This document shows, in pieces, positions 54,401 through 64,000 of a stretch of 64,000 bases of DNA (its first letter is position 1; each line of letters starts with the position of its first letter). The notes under the pieces were generated by a model. The model saw nothing but the letters and a program-made list of their open reading frames with translations, made no database searches and was not told the origin of the DNA. Source of the DNA: Ascidiella aspersa (taxonomy: Eukaryota); assembly GCA_963924565.1 (NCBI GenBank), contig OZ004615.1, forward strand, positions 20,088,001 to 20,152,000. The letters run 5' to 3'. The position numbers and the translations under genes are program-made.

Positions 54401-57400
54401 CCACGCCTACACCTAAAACAAAACCCCTCGAGAATAGTCCTAATAACAAACCCAAACCTCCGCAGCCATCAACGAAGCCTTAATCGCTCGCACCAAAGAC
54501 ATCCATCCCAACCGCCAGATGTCGCACGTGCGTCCCGACGAAATCGCCACCATCGTGGACCTATACAACGCCCTCCAGCGTTCGACGCCGCCGCGCGTCC
54601 AGCCCAGCCCGCCTGAGATTGTCGGTGAACCGTGTGATGACGTCACAGTGTCGCCAAAGGCCCAGGTCCTTGACGTCATCCACGAGCAGCCTGAGAACTC
54701 AAAGCAGTCGTTAGGCGAGCACTCTGACTACGCCACCCCGTCGGGCGTTTGCGCCACGCAGGCGTGCGACTGCTGCAGCAACGCTCGGCAAGTTCCGAAG
54801 GTCGGTGGTTCGAAGCCGCCCGCCGGGAGACCACGCGATATCGCAACGTCACCCCCAAAGAAGCCAGCGCATGCCCGCGTGAGCAAACTGGGCAGGTCGC
54901 CACGAGGTAGCGCCGCCGTGGAACGCAGCCAGTCTTTCGACAACAACGCCTACATCGAAGTGGAGTTAAAGCACTACGAAAGTGGCAGCGCCAGCTTGGA
55001 GCGCCCCAACCTTCAGTCCCAGCTTCAGTCAGAAGCAGATCCAGCCAAGGCCAGTTTCAGACGCGACAACCGCCTACGACGCTCACACAACCACTACATG
55101 AACGTTTCGCCTTCTAAACGCGAACCGCAGCGTCCGTCCAGCCTCGTACTTGACCTGGACACCGTCCAGGCGGCCATGGACGAGCAGCAGGCCGCGGCCC
55201 AGGGCATCGCCTTGTCCCCGGTCTCCCCCTACGAGAACTCTCCCTTGTTTTCTCGCTCTTTCGAAGGCTACCCCTCCGCGTCGAGAAAGCGAACCCCAGT
55301 TTCGCCCCAGAACCAGCCCGATGGGAGAATATGGCACACTCGGGGCGGCCCCTGTACGTCACAAAGCGAGGAGCGTTTGACGTCAGCCGACAGCGGGCAC
55401 GTGACGTCACCGGGGAGTCCCCCGATTAGCGGGTCGAGGCGTTCTTACTCTAAGTTGGACTTTGCCGGAGGTAAGCTTTTTTTTCGTCTGTTTTAAGTGT
55501 TTTTGTTATTGTTAATTGTTGCAACGATTTTTGTTAAGAATGTTGATTAAAGCATATGTAAACCATGTAGGGTAAAGTGAATTTCAATATAAACTTGGCA
55601 CCATGAGAAATTAAAGCAAAACCACTGGAATTGTTAGGCAATCAGCCTGTAGCTAGTAATTTAACATCTAGTGGATTTTAAATTTTGAATTAAGCTAATT
55701 GTTTATAGGAATTGGCATCGTGGCTGCAATTCAAACTATATGTATAACTTCATGAGTCAAAACTGTCTAACAAACTGTCAAGAGTCGCAATAGTCCAATA
55801 AACTACTTTAATAATTACAATAATTTCACTTCTGCGACTAAGAAAATTTTAGCAGTTTGTCCGTCGAGAAATTAGCAGTTTTTCGTTGCTATTTTTCAAA
55901 TTAGTTACAATAATTGCTTCAAGGGTAAACGCTATCAATTGCACGTTCTTATTCCGACATATTGTTGTCTTGTTTTTTACAGACTTGCCACCCCCTCCCC
56001 CGCCTCCCCCACAGCAAGAGGAAAACACCCCCGAAAATAACGAAGTCTCCCCTCGTCCAACAACTGAAAAAGCCAGAACCGAAAGCGACCCTCTGCCAAA
56101 GTAAGTGATCAAATAAAAAAAAATATTTTCTCTTTATGTTACGTTTAGGTTGTGTATCAATTATCTTGGTCAAACAGTAACTATCTTTGTTAATGGGGGG
56201 GCACCAAGGGGCACCATATAACGACAAATTGTATTGTAATGTTTACAAGCGTTCGCACAAGCGTGCTTCATCAGGTCAAAGTAGAAACCTATTTGTCTTT
56301 ACATAGTGCCACCTAGCTTATTTAGAATTAAACAAACACGGCCATTTACAAAGATGTCTTCTTTATTGTTTAACATAAGGCCATTAGATCAATATTTTCA
56401 TGTTTTGATTTAATCCCTTTGTTTTTCTTCATTAGAAAACAGGAAACAACTTCCAAAGATGCCAAAAAGTCATCACGATCAGGTAAAAAATATGTAATCC
56501 GACACACAGTAACCTAACCCTGTAATAATACTAAAAATCTAGTCCTGTGATAAACAACACGCCAAGACAGAACGCATGTAATTATACTATTAAGTTCGTT
56601 AAAACAAAAATTAAAAAAAATGGAAAAAAATTGATGAAAAAACCTTCAAAACTGAAAAAGCATCCTCCTCAAAAAAAAAATTAAATAAATTAAAAATTAA
56701 AATAAACTTAAACCGCGAAATCTTTTTCGCAGCCTTTTCCCAAATCCGACCGCGCAAGCTCAGCCTCTGGAAGCAGCGTAACAACAACAACGGCACTGGG
56801 CGCGCGCCCGGCGCCGCGGCGGGTTCCGGGGGAAACCCCGCTTCCCCGGACGCCGACGGCGCCAAGGCGGCCGGTTGGCGCCGCAAGTCGTACGCGGCCG
56901 CTTGCCGCAAATCGCAGTCGCTGGATCACCTGTACGATCAGATATTGATGGAAAACGGCCGCCAGCCGCAAAACCAAAGTCACCGTGGAACAAACGCCGC
57001 CGATAAGGCGCAACTTCGGGCCACCGTAAGTTAATAGGGTTGACATTAACAAACCTAGGCTGAGTTAGTTGGTTTAGTTTTTTAGGTAAAGATTTTTTGT
57101 TTGTGAACATGGGACGTGGCGGTAAACTATTCGTGTCAAGTCTTATGTATAGCTGTATAAAACCGGCGCGTAAAACTTAGGTCTTTATCCAAGTCTATAA
57201 AACAACCTTGGTGGATGCGGGTTGGTACAACGTTTTTATACTAACAAAAACTAAATTACGTTTAATCATTGGTAAAGCAACATAAAACTTGCCCGTAAAA
57301 ACTGAGGTCTCTATCCTATAGTGTTTAGAAAACCTTTGGTGGATGCCATTTAGTACAACGATTTTTATACCAAAGAAATCGTATAAAACATTTTGATCGC

Positions 57401-60400
57401 CACTTGCGATTCTCAAAAAACCAACAAGGATTTATTTAAAAGTAAAATATAGAAAAAACCCACATCATAGAATAAGGATGTCTTCCAAAAAATACCCACA
57501 TAAAATAAGGACTGGTCGAAACCTATAATCGTTTTCCATCTGGCTTACACGCAACCAAGGCCTCGTGTTGTTTCGGCGGACACAAAACTCATAATTGTAT
57601 TTGATTGGCAGACATTCAGCACCCTGCAGAACCACCAGAAGAGGGCGCCCTCGCCGTCGCCGGTAAAATCTGCGGAAGACGCACTTCCGGGTTCCCACCA
57701 GCTTCCGGTTCCCACGGAGGCGGACGAGAGCGTGTTTCTCGACGACGAAGATGACGTCAGCAACAAAGTCGACGAACCGCTCTCCGACGCAGGGGATTTC
57801 CCGCCGCCACCACCACAACACCTGCTCCAGGAAGTGATGACGTCAGATGGAAGGGGCACCGGGTACGCGGTGATGATGCCCCTCGACGCCGACCCCATTA
57901 CCCACGAGGCGATTGAAAAGTCCCCCGCGACTAGCCCCAAAGGTAAATTGAGTTATCTGTTTTGTTGTTAAAAAATTAACTGTCAGCTTTGGATCACATT
58001 TTTTCTTTATAACAATGGTAACCTTTTTAGGTATGTTAATGAATAAAACCCCTAAATTTTTGAAGACTAATCCTAACCAAAAACTTTGGAAAACTGTATG
58101 CTTACATAATTAATACTAGCCATCGTTTACCGCTATATTTTTGTCAGATTATTAGAACTATTTTTTATGCATTAATAAATGAAACACTTAACAAACTGGC
58201 TTTTCATTTAACTTCCATTCCACATTTCCAAAGAGACGACTTAAGCATGACTAGTTTAGTATATCACATCCACTGTCATTAATGTTACATTCATTTATTA
58301 TTGAAACCTGGTCCCTGAGCGGCTAAGTTAACGTTGTCATTATGATCTTCAGAAATCCATTTTTGCCTGTAAAAAAAGTAAAATCATTGAACCAGGTGAA
58401 GAAGCCGAACCCGGTCCGCCAGTTTCAACCACACGGTAGTTCGTTTTTCACATAAATATTTGTTCTTCTTCGCCTATAGCGGGCATTTTTGCAGTTGAAC
58501 TGTTATCCGTCTTTTAACGTCAGCTCGTTTTCTCCAGAACCTGCCTCTCCTCCAGCGATTGCTCCGAAGAGCCTCCTGCTCCAAAGAGGAAGCAGCAAGA
58601 GCGAGACTTCGATTCCGCAAAAGCTCAAGCTCTCGCTCGCCAGCCCCATCAGGGCAAACCCCTCCGCCCCCGGATTGCGGGTCCCCGATTTCGGCGCCGA
58701 GACCCCTGCGTCGTTGGTCAGCCGACTTCCCAAGTCGAGCACCTCCGACGCGATAAAGCGCGATTGTGACGCAATTGACGAAGGACTTCGCAGGCGGAGA
58801 ATGAGCGAAGGTAAGGGGCGATGTTTGATTGTATGTTGTCGTGTTTTGTGTCTTGTGTTTTATTTACAACATCTCAAAACGTTTGTGCTTTTTTATCCTT
58901 GTCCTATTTTTTGGGACGAAACGTATACAAACGACTAACTGAAGACATAAACCAATTTCAAACCAACTGAAGTAGTACTTTTGAAATCTTTCATTGTATC
59001 TTACTCAGTTAGGCGACTTTTATTTTTTCGTATTCGTGTCACATTGATCGTATTTTATTTTACGCAGGTCAAATTTTAGTTTTCAAAACGGTCGAAATCA
59101 CGCTTTCCTAGCACACCGATTAACAGCCAAAAAAATTATATGCAATTTGCTTACGAAGTCACTTGTTCTTTTTAGGTTCAGTTGGAAGGCGTCGCAAGGA
59201 CTTACTCGAGCAACAGAAGCCAGTCGACACCTCCACAAGTCAAGCGGCCAGCGTTCGCAGACGCCGCAGCATCAGCAGCGACTTCGCGCTCAACAAGCGG
59301 CGCGAAACCGACGTTCGCGAGTCTTCGCGCGCGCGAGAAAGCGCTGCTTCGCCGCCCTCGGCATCGCCGCCGCAACAGCCGCGATTTCCCTCCACCAACC
59401 CGCACGTGCGCCCGCCGTCCGGCAGCATCGGCAGGAATAACAGCGCCGGCGGGAATTCGACGCACCTTTCCCCGCAGAGCTCGCCGGCTGTGAGTCGAGC
59501 CGCGCGCACCGAGTCTTTAGAATCCGGCTCAAGCATCAGCCAGTGCAGTCAGGCCACCGAACGCAGGCCCTTGGTTAAATCAAGCTCCAAGCTTTCCATT
59601 TCCGCCAAGCCGGGCACTGCTGCTAAAAAGCCGGACTCCAAACCACAGGAAAGGGGCAGGGCCGCATCCAAAGCGTCCGCATCTGGGAAGAAGAGCAAAG
59701 ACGCCGCTCCGAAGAAGCGCAACTCGAGCGGCGGAGGGAGTGGTCAGTCGCGATCCCTGGTGGACATCATGAAGTCCAAATTCGGCCGCTCAACGTCCAG
59801 CGGGAGGACCAACTCCTCCGGGAGCAAAACAGAGCTTGCGGAGGCCAGAAAACAGCAGGAATCCGATCCACAGATAAAACCATCCTCCTCCTTGATCGAT
59901 CCTCGGACCCTCTCTTTGGAGCCAAACTCCTACCTCAACCCAGGAAAGGACATCTTCTCATCCACGTCTTCCTCTGTCGGAAGCAACAAGAAGAAAAAGT
60001 CCCTTGGAGGGAGCAGTGATGCAGCGGTCGGACGCAAACTGAGCCAGCCTTATCCGAACGGACTTTCAACCGCCTGCGTCCAGCCTCTCTCCAAACTGGT
60101 GGAGGAGGTCGTGTCCGATGAAGGATTCGCGGAGGGGAGCACGATCGAGCGTCCCGACAAGGATCAGCCTCGGGAGGTGGAAACAATAGCAACGCCAGCG
60201 TCGGAGCGCAAGTACGTAGAGACTTCCTTCCCGGCCGAGAACTTTAACTCATCCCAACAACAACAACAACAACAGCACCAGCAACAGCAAAGAAGGAGGC
60301 TCCCCAAAAAGGAGAACAGCGACTGGTACGAGAGCGTTGTGACCGTCCAAAGCGACAAGGAGCATCCCCAAGCCAAGCGCTTTCAGATCGTCGAGCAGGA

Positions 60401-63400
60401 TCGACTCTCAAGGCGCGGTTCGGGCAAGCAACGGCACGCCGCTGCCCCGTCTGTCCCTATGGAGGAACCGCCTTACGAAAACCTCCCGTTTGATCCACGT
60501 CAAGTTATGCCGCAACAGATCAATACCTTCACCGAGCTAAACAACAACATTGGTGACGAGAAGTTGAGTCATCACGCCCCATCGCCCCACCACCGTGACG
60601 TATTCGCCGCCGGGGTCACTATAGTGCGCACCCCACCGTCCCAGGGTGTTTCCCCCGACTCTACCCAGTCGAGGAAGAGTGCCGGTGGACCCAAGCTCGC
60701 TTCCGCTATCGGCCGCGTTGCGAAGAGTCCGGCGCAATATTCCGGAAGCAAAGAAGATCTGTCCTCTGTGAGGTCGTCGGACTCTTTTCTGGCTGGAGCA
60801 CCAGCAAAATCAAGTAAGTTTTTGCTGTTTTTTTATCTTAGATTTATATTTTTAGGTTTTTGAATTTTTTAATTTTGGGCACCAACACACTCTCAGTTGT
60901 TGCAAAAGGGCGTCAAATAAAGTAAAACGATCAACATTAAAAAAAAAGAGTTAAGGAAAAAAATATGTAAAAAATCGAAAAAAAGGTTTTTATTATTATT
61001 AAAATTTTTACCCTCATGTAAAAATAATCCGAAACCTTTTAAAATTTCGTCATACCAAACTGGTATTTAAGCTTCAATCTAAATGGAGTTCTTTCAAATA
61101 CAGTTCGTAGCAATACTATTACAATTTTCTGTTTAAAAATACTACGTTCTTTAAGCTGTAAACTAACCTTGCGCTTTTTTCACTTCCCAGAAAAACCAGA
61201 CAAGGACTTAAGCGGACGCAAGATCAACTACTCGGCTCACCAGAAGGTCTTTGAGAAGGCCTTCATCAGTTCCGTGGTCGAGGCCCAACTGGCCCAGGCC
61301 TCCGGGGACCGGGGAAGTCCACAAGCTATGGGCGGAAGTGTAAGTAAAGCGGTCTATGTTTACTTGGGGCGTTAACGTTTAATTGGAAATACTCAATTCG
61401 GGAGGTTTTTTTAATTGAATATACTGAACTTGGAATAAATTTGTTTCAATTCAACTTGGGAAGAAATTGGTTTTAATTGGAGACACTCACTTTCGATAAA
61501 AGAAACGTGCCAAAGTGAAAATAGGGAAAGGATTTACGAGCATTATATTATATAGGAACATAACCAAATTATTTTGCGTCATAATGATATTTAAATGTGA
61601 AATAACTATAAAACTATATCTAATTGTGTTGACCAAGACATTTATACGGATTTGTTTTGAATTATTTTCAAAAAACGCCGGCACAATCTGAGGTCTTTGA
61701 AAAACTGCAAATTGACTTTCAAAAGTCTTTGAATGTCTTTAAATATTTTCATAAATTTGTTTGGTCAATTCGGCAAACTCGCCCAGAAACGCCATTTTTT
61801 CTCTTTCCATTTTTTACACGTTTTCTTGTTAATTTTTTTAGACGCCCGACTCGTCGCCTCTGTCCCAGGCCTCCAGCGGCGCCGACAGCGTCATGAACGG
61901 TTCCGTCGGAACCGGTTCCAGCTTCGGCTCCCTGCCCTCAGACGGACTGGTTGACGTCACCGAGTTCCAGGGCACCACGTCATCAGGATCGTCAGAGCCT
62001 TCGTCCAAGCCCAGTCAGCGCCTTTCAAAGTCGAAGAGGAACAGCTCTTCTGGATTCGGATTCTCCGGACGCGCCGGGAAGACGGGAACAAACGGATCCA
62101 ACACCTCAACTTCCAGCTCCGAGAGGAGCTTCCGCGGAAGAAGCAGAACCTCTTCATCCGGTCTTCCCCGCTCCCCTGCTGTGTCAACTCCACCTGCTCC
62201 TACCTCCACCGTCATCCAGTTGAAAGAGTCAAGGAGCTCCTCCTGTGTATCCTACGCCAGGGATGCGTCCCCGGCGATTCCTCCGGATTACCACCACTCC
62301 GCTTCCAAGCAACCTCCAGCCTACTCTGAGCCCTCCGCCGATAATAAAGCCCTAAACGCCGCCAAGAGCTTACAGAGCCGCCGGTCGCAGTCCGGATCGC
62401 GAATCTCCCGCATCACTGCTCCGAGCAAACTCCCTTCTCCCGGAAAAGGATCCCGCTCTCAGAGCACTTCCTCACAAGACGGTGCTTCCCCGAAGCCCCA
62501 GTCACCCAAGGTCAAGTTGGCCCCGCTTAATTACGGCTTTCCGCCTTCGCGCGCTCGGGCGCCGTCTAACGGCCGCCAGAACGAGCCGGTTTACGAGAAC
62601 TCGAGCGTGCTGATGAGCCAGCAGGCGGCAAGGAAGGGAAGAGCACAGGCAACCTCTTTACGGTAAATTATAGGTTTAAGGTAGATTGTTTTTAGTTGAA
62701 GGCAATGTGACGTTATCCGTTTGAAAACCAATAATTCTTTGTGTTTTGAAAGAGTAGCTAAGATACAAATGAATGTTAGTCTCCGATTTATTTTCGCAAT
62801 AATACTTTCTAGTCGAGGTAATTTAATTGGCAAGTTGGAGGTTTAACCTTTGTTTTTAAAAGAAGCGAAAACAACCTGCCCAAATCAATCAGATTCCGAT
62901 TTGCTCGTTTTTCGCAATAACTTTTTCGCCGCAATAACACTTTCTTGTCGACATATAATAATTTGATAGAAATAGAACAAGATATGTGTTTAATTTGCGC
63001 TGTCTTTTATGACGCTGAAAATGACCGTCTTTACCGTTTAAAATGTTTACGAATTCCGCAGAATGAAAAAGAGGAACATAAAAAGTATTAAAAATTCTTG
63101 TGGGTAAAACTTGACGAAAAGAGGGAACACCAAAAAATACTATTTACAGCATAATACTACAACAAACGTTAGCAAACTGCAAAACGCTACAAAATCTAAA
63201 TCTGTTATTGTTGGTATCAGATCGCATCGAGTTAACCCCAAGTGATTGTTAAAAGCAGTATTTGAGTGCAAAAAATTAATCTGTGATTGCCCGTATTTAC
63301 GATTTTTTTCTCCTGTTTTCAGACAACCGACCGTGTCCTCCTCCACACCGACCTCCAGTCGTCCTCCCTCAGGGTCCTCCGCGTCCCAGCTGGAGCAGAG

Positions 63401-63479
63401 AAGGTTGAAACGCAACATCCCGTCGGCGGTCGGACTGCAGAGACCCAGAGCCGTTAATCTGGGAGTCGGAGCAGGATGA
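51350..63479 (+). CDS. NCKAP5: 15-exon gene, ~1907 aa NCKAP5/NCKAP5L(Cep169)-like coiled-coil plus disordered scaffold protein; join(51350..51460,51834..52139,52578..52694,53222..53423,53745..53900,54466..55470,55983..56100,56436..56482,56733..57025,57612..57942,58538..58810,59176..60813,61191..61339,61842..62662,63323..63479)
   Basis: All 14 introns are GT...AG and their phases (0,0,0,1,1,1,2,1,0,1,1,1,0,2) chain into one open frame of 5724 nt ending in TGA. Exons 3-4 encode ERMQKMEEQNDQLARIAEQQKHEYNK-VAAQIAQSELMQRRLQHECTNLRRQVHQLSTYN, which matches my recollection of the NCKAP5/NCKAP5L coiled coil (ERLKALEAENSALALENENQREQYERCLDEVANQVVQALLTQKDLREECVKLKTRVFDLEQQN). Gene structure confidence is high; the family assignment is from memory, not a search. 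Confidence 0.75.
51834..52139 (+). CDS. Coding exon 2 (polyQ, H/P-rich)
   Basis: Acceptor ttttattttag; donor GTG|gtgcgt; phase 0/0. Confidence 0.85.
52578..52694 (+). CDS. Coding exon 3 (SVDDFRKYCVFLTERMQKMEEQNDQLARIAEQQKHEYNK; coiled coil)
   Basis: Acceptor ttgacag; donor AAG|gtgagg; absent from the ORF track but in phase with both neighbours. Confidence 0.88.
52790..53185 (+). mobile_element. Family B MITE inside intron 3
   Basis: gagtcaagtccttgtcataaaa...cccaagtcattggtcc...aagtcaagtcaagtcattttaaaacagtgact...aagtcattacaacac. Confidence 0.8.
53222..53423 (+). CDS. Coding exon 4 (VAAQIAQSELMQRRLQHEC...; coiled coil)
   Basis: Acceptor cattctcag; donor G|gttagt; phase 0/1. Confidence 0.9.
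53351..53366 (+). promoter_or_regulatory. Perfect ETS-CRE composite motif CCGGAAGTGACGTCAC inside coding exon 4
   Basis: Exact sequence match to the overlapping GABPA/CREB motif; function untested. Confidence 0.4.
53745..53900 (+). CDS. Coding exon 5 (polyQ)
   Basis: Acceptor tttgttag; donor A|gtaatt; phase 1/1. Confidence 0.85.
54466..55470 (+). CDS. Coding exon 6
   Basis: Acceptor ctccgcag; donor G|gtaagc; overlaps the 325-aa ORF. Confidence 0.9.
55983..56100 (+). CDS. Coding exon 7 (DLPPPPPPPP)
   Basis: Acceptor tttttacag; donor AA|gtaagt; phase 1/2. Confidence 0.88.
56436..56482 (+). CDS. Coding exon 8, 47-nt small exon (KQETTSKDAKKSSRS)
   Basis: Acceptor tttttcttcattag; donor G|gtaaaa; needed to convert phase 2 to phase 1 between exons 7 and 9. 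Confidence 0.8.
56733..57025 (+). CDS. Coding exon 9 (AFSQIRPRKLSLWKQR...RKSQSLDHLYDQIL...)
   Basis: Acceptor tttttcgcag; donor ACC|gtaagt; GC-rich open frame missed by the ORF track. Confidence 0.88.
57612..57942 (+). CDS. Coding exon 10 (acidic, DFPPPPP)
   Basis: Acceptor attggcag; donor G|gtaaat; phase 0/1. Confidence 0.85.
58538..58810 (+). CDS. Coding exon 11 (TSIP and SRLP motifs)
   Basis: Acceptor ttttctccag; donor G|gtaagg. Confidence 0.9.
59176..60813 (+). CDS. Coding exon 12 (large S/K/R-rich exon)
   Basis: Acceptor ttctttttag; donor A|gtaagt; overlaps the 566-aa ORF. Confidence 0.92.
61191..61339 (+). CDS. Coding exon 13
   Basis: Acceptor cacttcccag; donor AGT|gtaagt; phase 1/0. 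Confidence 0.88.
61842..62662 (+). CDS. Coding exon 14 (Ser-rich; SGLP, SKLP)
   Basis: Acceptor ttttttag; donor CG|gtaaat; phase 0/2. Confidence 0.9.
63323..63479 (+). CDS. Coding exon 15 (terminal, ...RAVNLGVGAG*)
   Basis: Acceptor tgttttcag; TGA at 63477-63479. Confidence 0.85.
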
Positions 63480-64000
63480 AGTGTTGCTTTGGAAGTTGAG
63501 CTCAAAGAAGAGGATCTAACTCGACTCTTTTCACACCAAATTCTCTTGAAAAGTTTTTGCGGTAAAGAAGAATAATCAACCCGATTTGCCCTGTATTTTC
63601 CTTTGGAGCATCGGCAGAGGATTCATCTTTACTCTTTTTCTTACCAATCCTGTTCTCTCGAATATTTTTTGAGATGATGAAAATCAACCAGTTTCTGCCG
63701 TTTTTAACACGATTCAAGCACGATAATTTTTGTTCTATTAAAATGTATATAAAAAAATAAGTAGGAAACCCTGTTTTTCCCACAATTTGAGTTCTCTCGG
63801 AAGTTTTGGAGATGAAGGGATTAAATTCAACCTGTTTTGCCACTTTAACATAATTTAGGCAGGATTTTTCCTGTTTAGTTTAAATGTTTATTTAGTCAAA
63901 AGTATTTAATCCAACTATTCACAGCTTCTCTTCTGTTTAATGCAACTGGGTTTATATCTTCTTGTATGAGCACCGTTTATGAGCGCTGAAAATGGATTGA
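63480..64000 (+). other. Probable 3' UTR / downstream region of the NCKAP5-like gene
   Basis: AT-rich sequence after the stop codon; ATTAAA at 63737; no clear AATAAA seen. Confidence 0.5.

Noticed and set aside
56440-56482. Alternative acceptor (CAG at 56440-56442) for exon 8
   Set aside because: Would leave the exon in phase 0 and break the frame with exon 9
54440-63505. Many minus-strand and alternative-frame ORFs over the gene
   Set aside because: Shadows of GC-rich coding exons of the + strand gene

Overview
Eukaryotic (metazoan) genomic DNA. Compact 250-660 bp AT-rich introns, GC/CpG-rich exons, CpG-rich intergenic DNA and many small MITEs suggest an invertebrate chordate, probably a tunicate (inference only). 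The last ~12 kb holds one complete 15-exon + strand gene, spliced here by hand: ATG at 51350, stop at 63477-63479, all introns GT-AG and phase-compatible, CDS 5724 nt = 1907 aa. Its N-terminal coiled coil resembles vertebrate NCKAP5/NCKAP5L (Cep169). The rest is a long disordered S/P/R/Q-rich tail with SxIP-type, EVH1 and SH2-ligand motifs. The first ~51 kb has no credible coding gene. It is a mosaic of ~200-500 bp GC/CpG-rich islands alternating about every 0.8-1 kb with AT-rich spacers that hold hAT MITEs (8-bp TSDs), two dispersed repeat families, foldback elements and tandem repeats. The most unusual signals are eight perfect TGACGTCA (CRE) palindromes inside coding exons (one within a perfect ETS-CRE 16-mer), the quasi-periodic island/spacer architecture, and a repeat family found both as a full palindrome and as half-arms ending at the palindrome centre.
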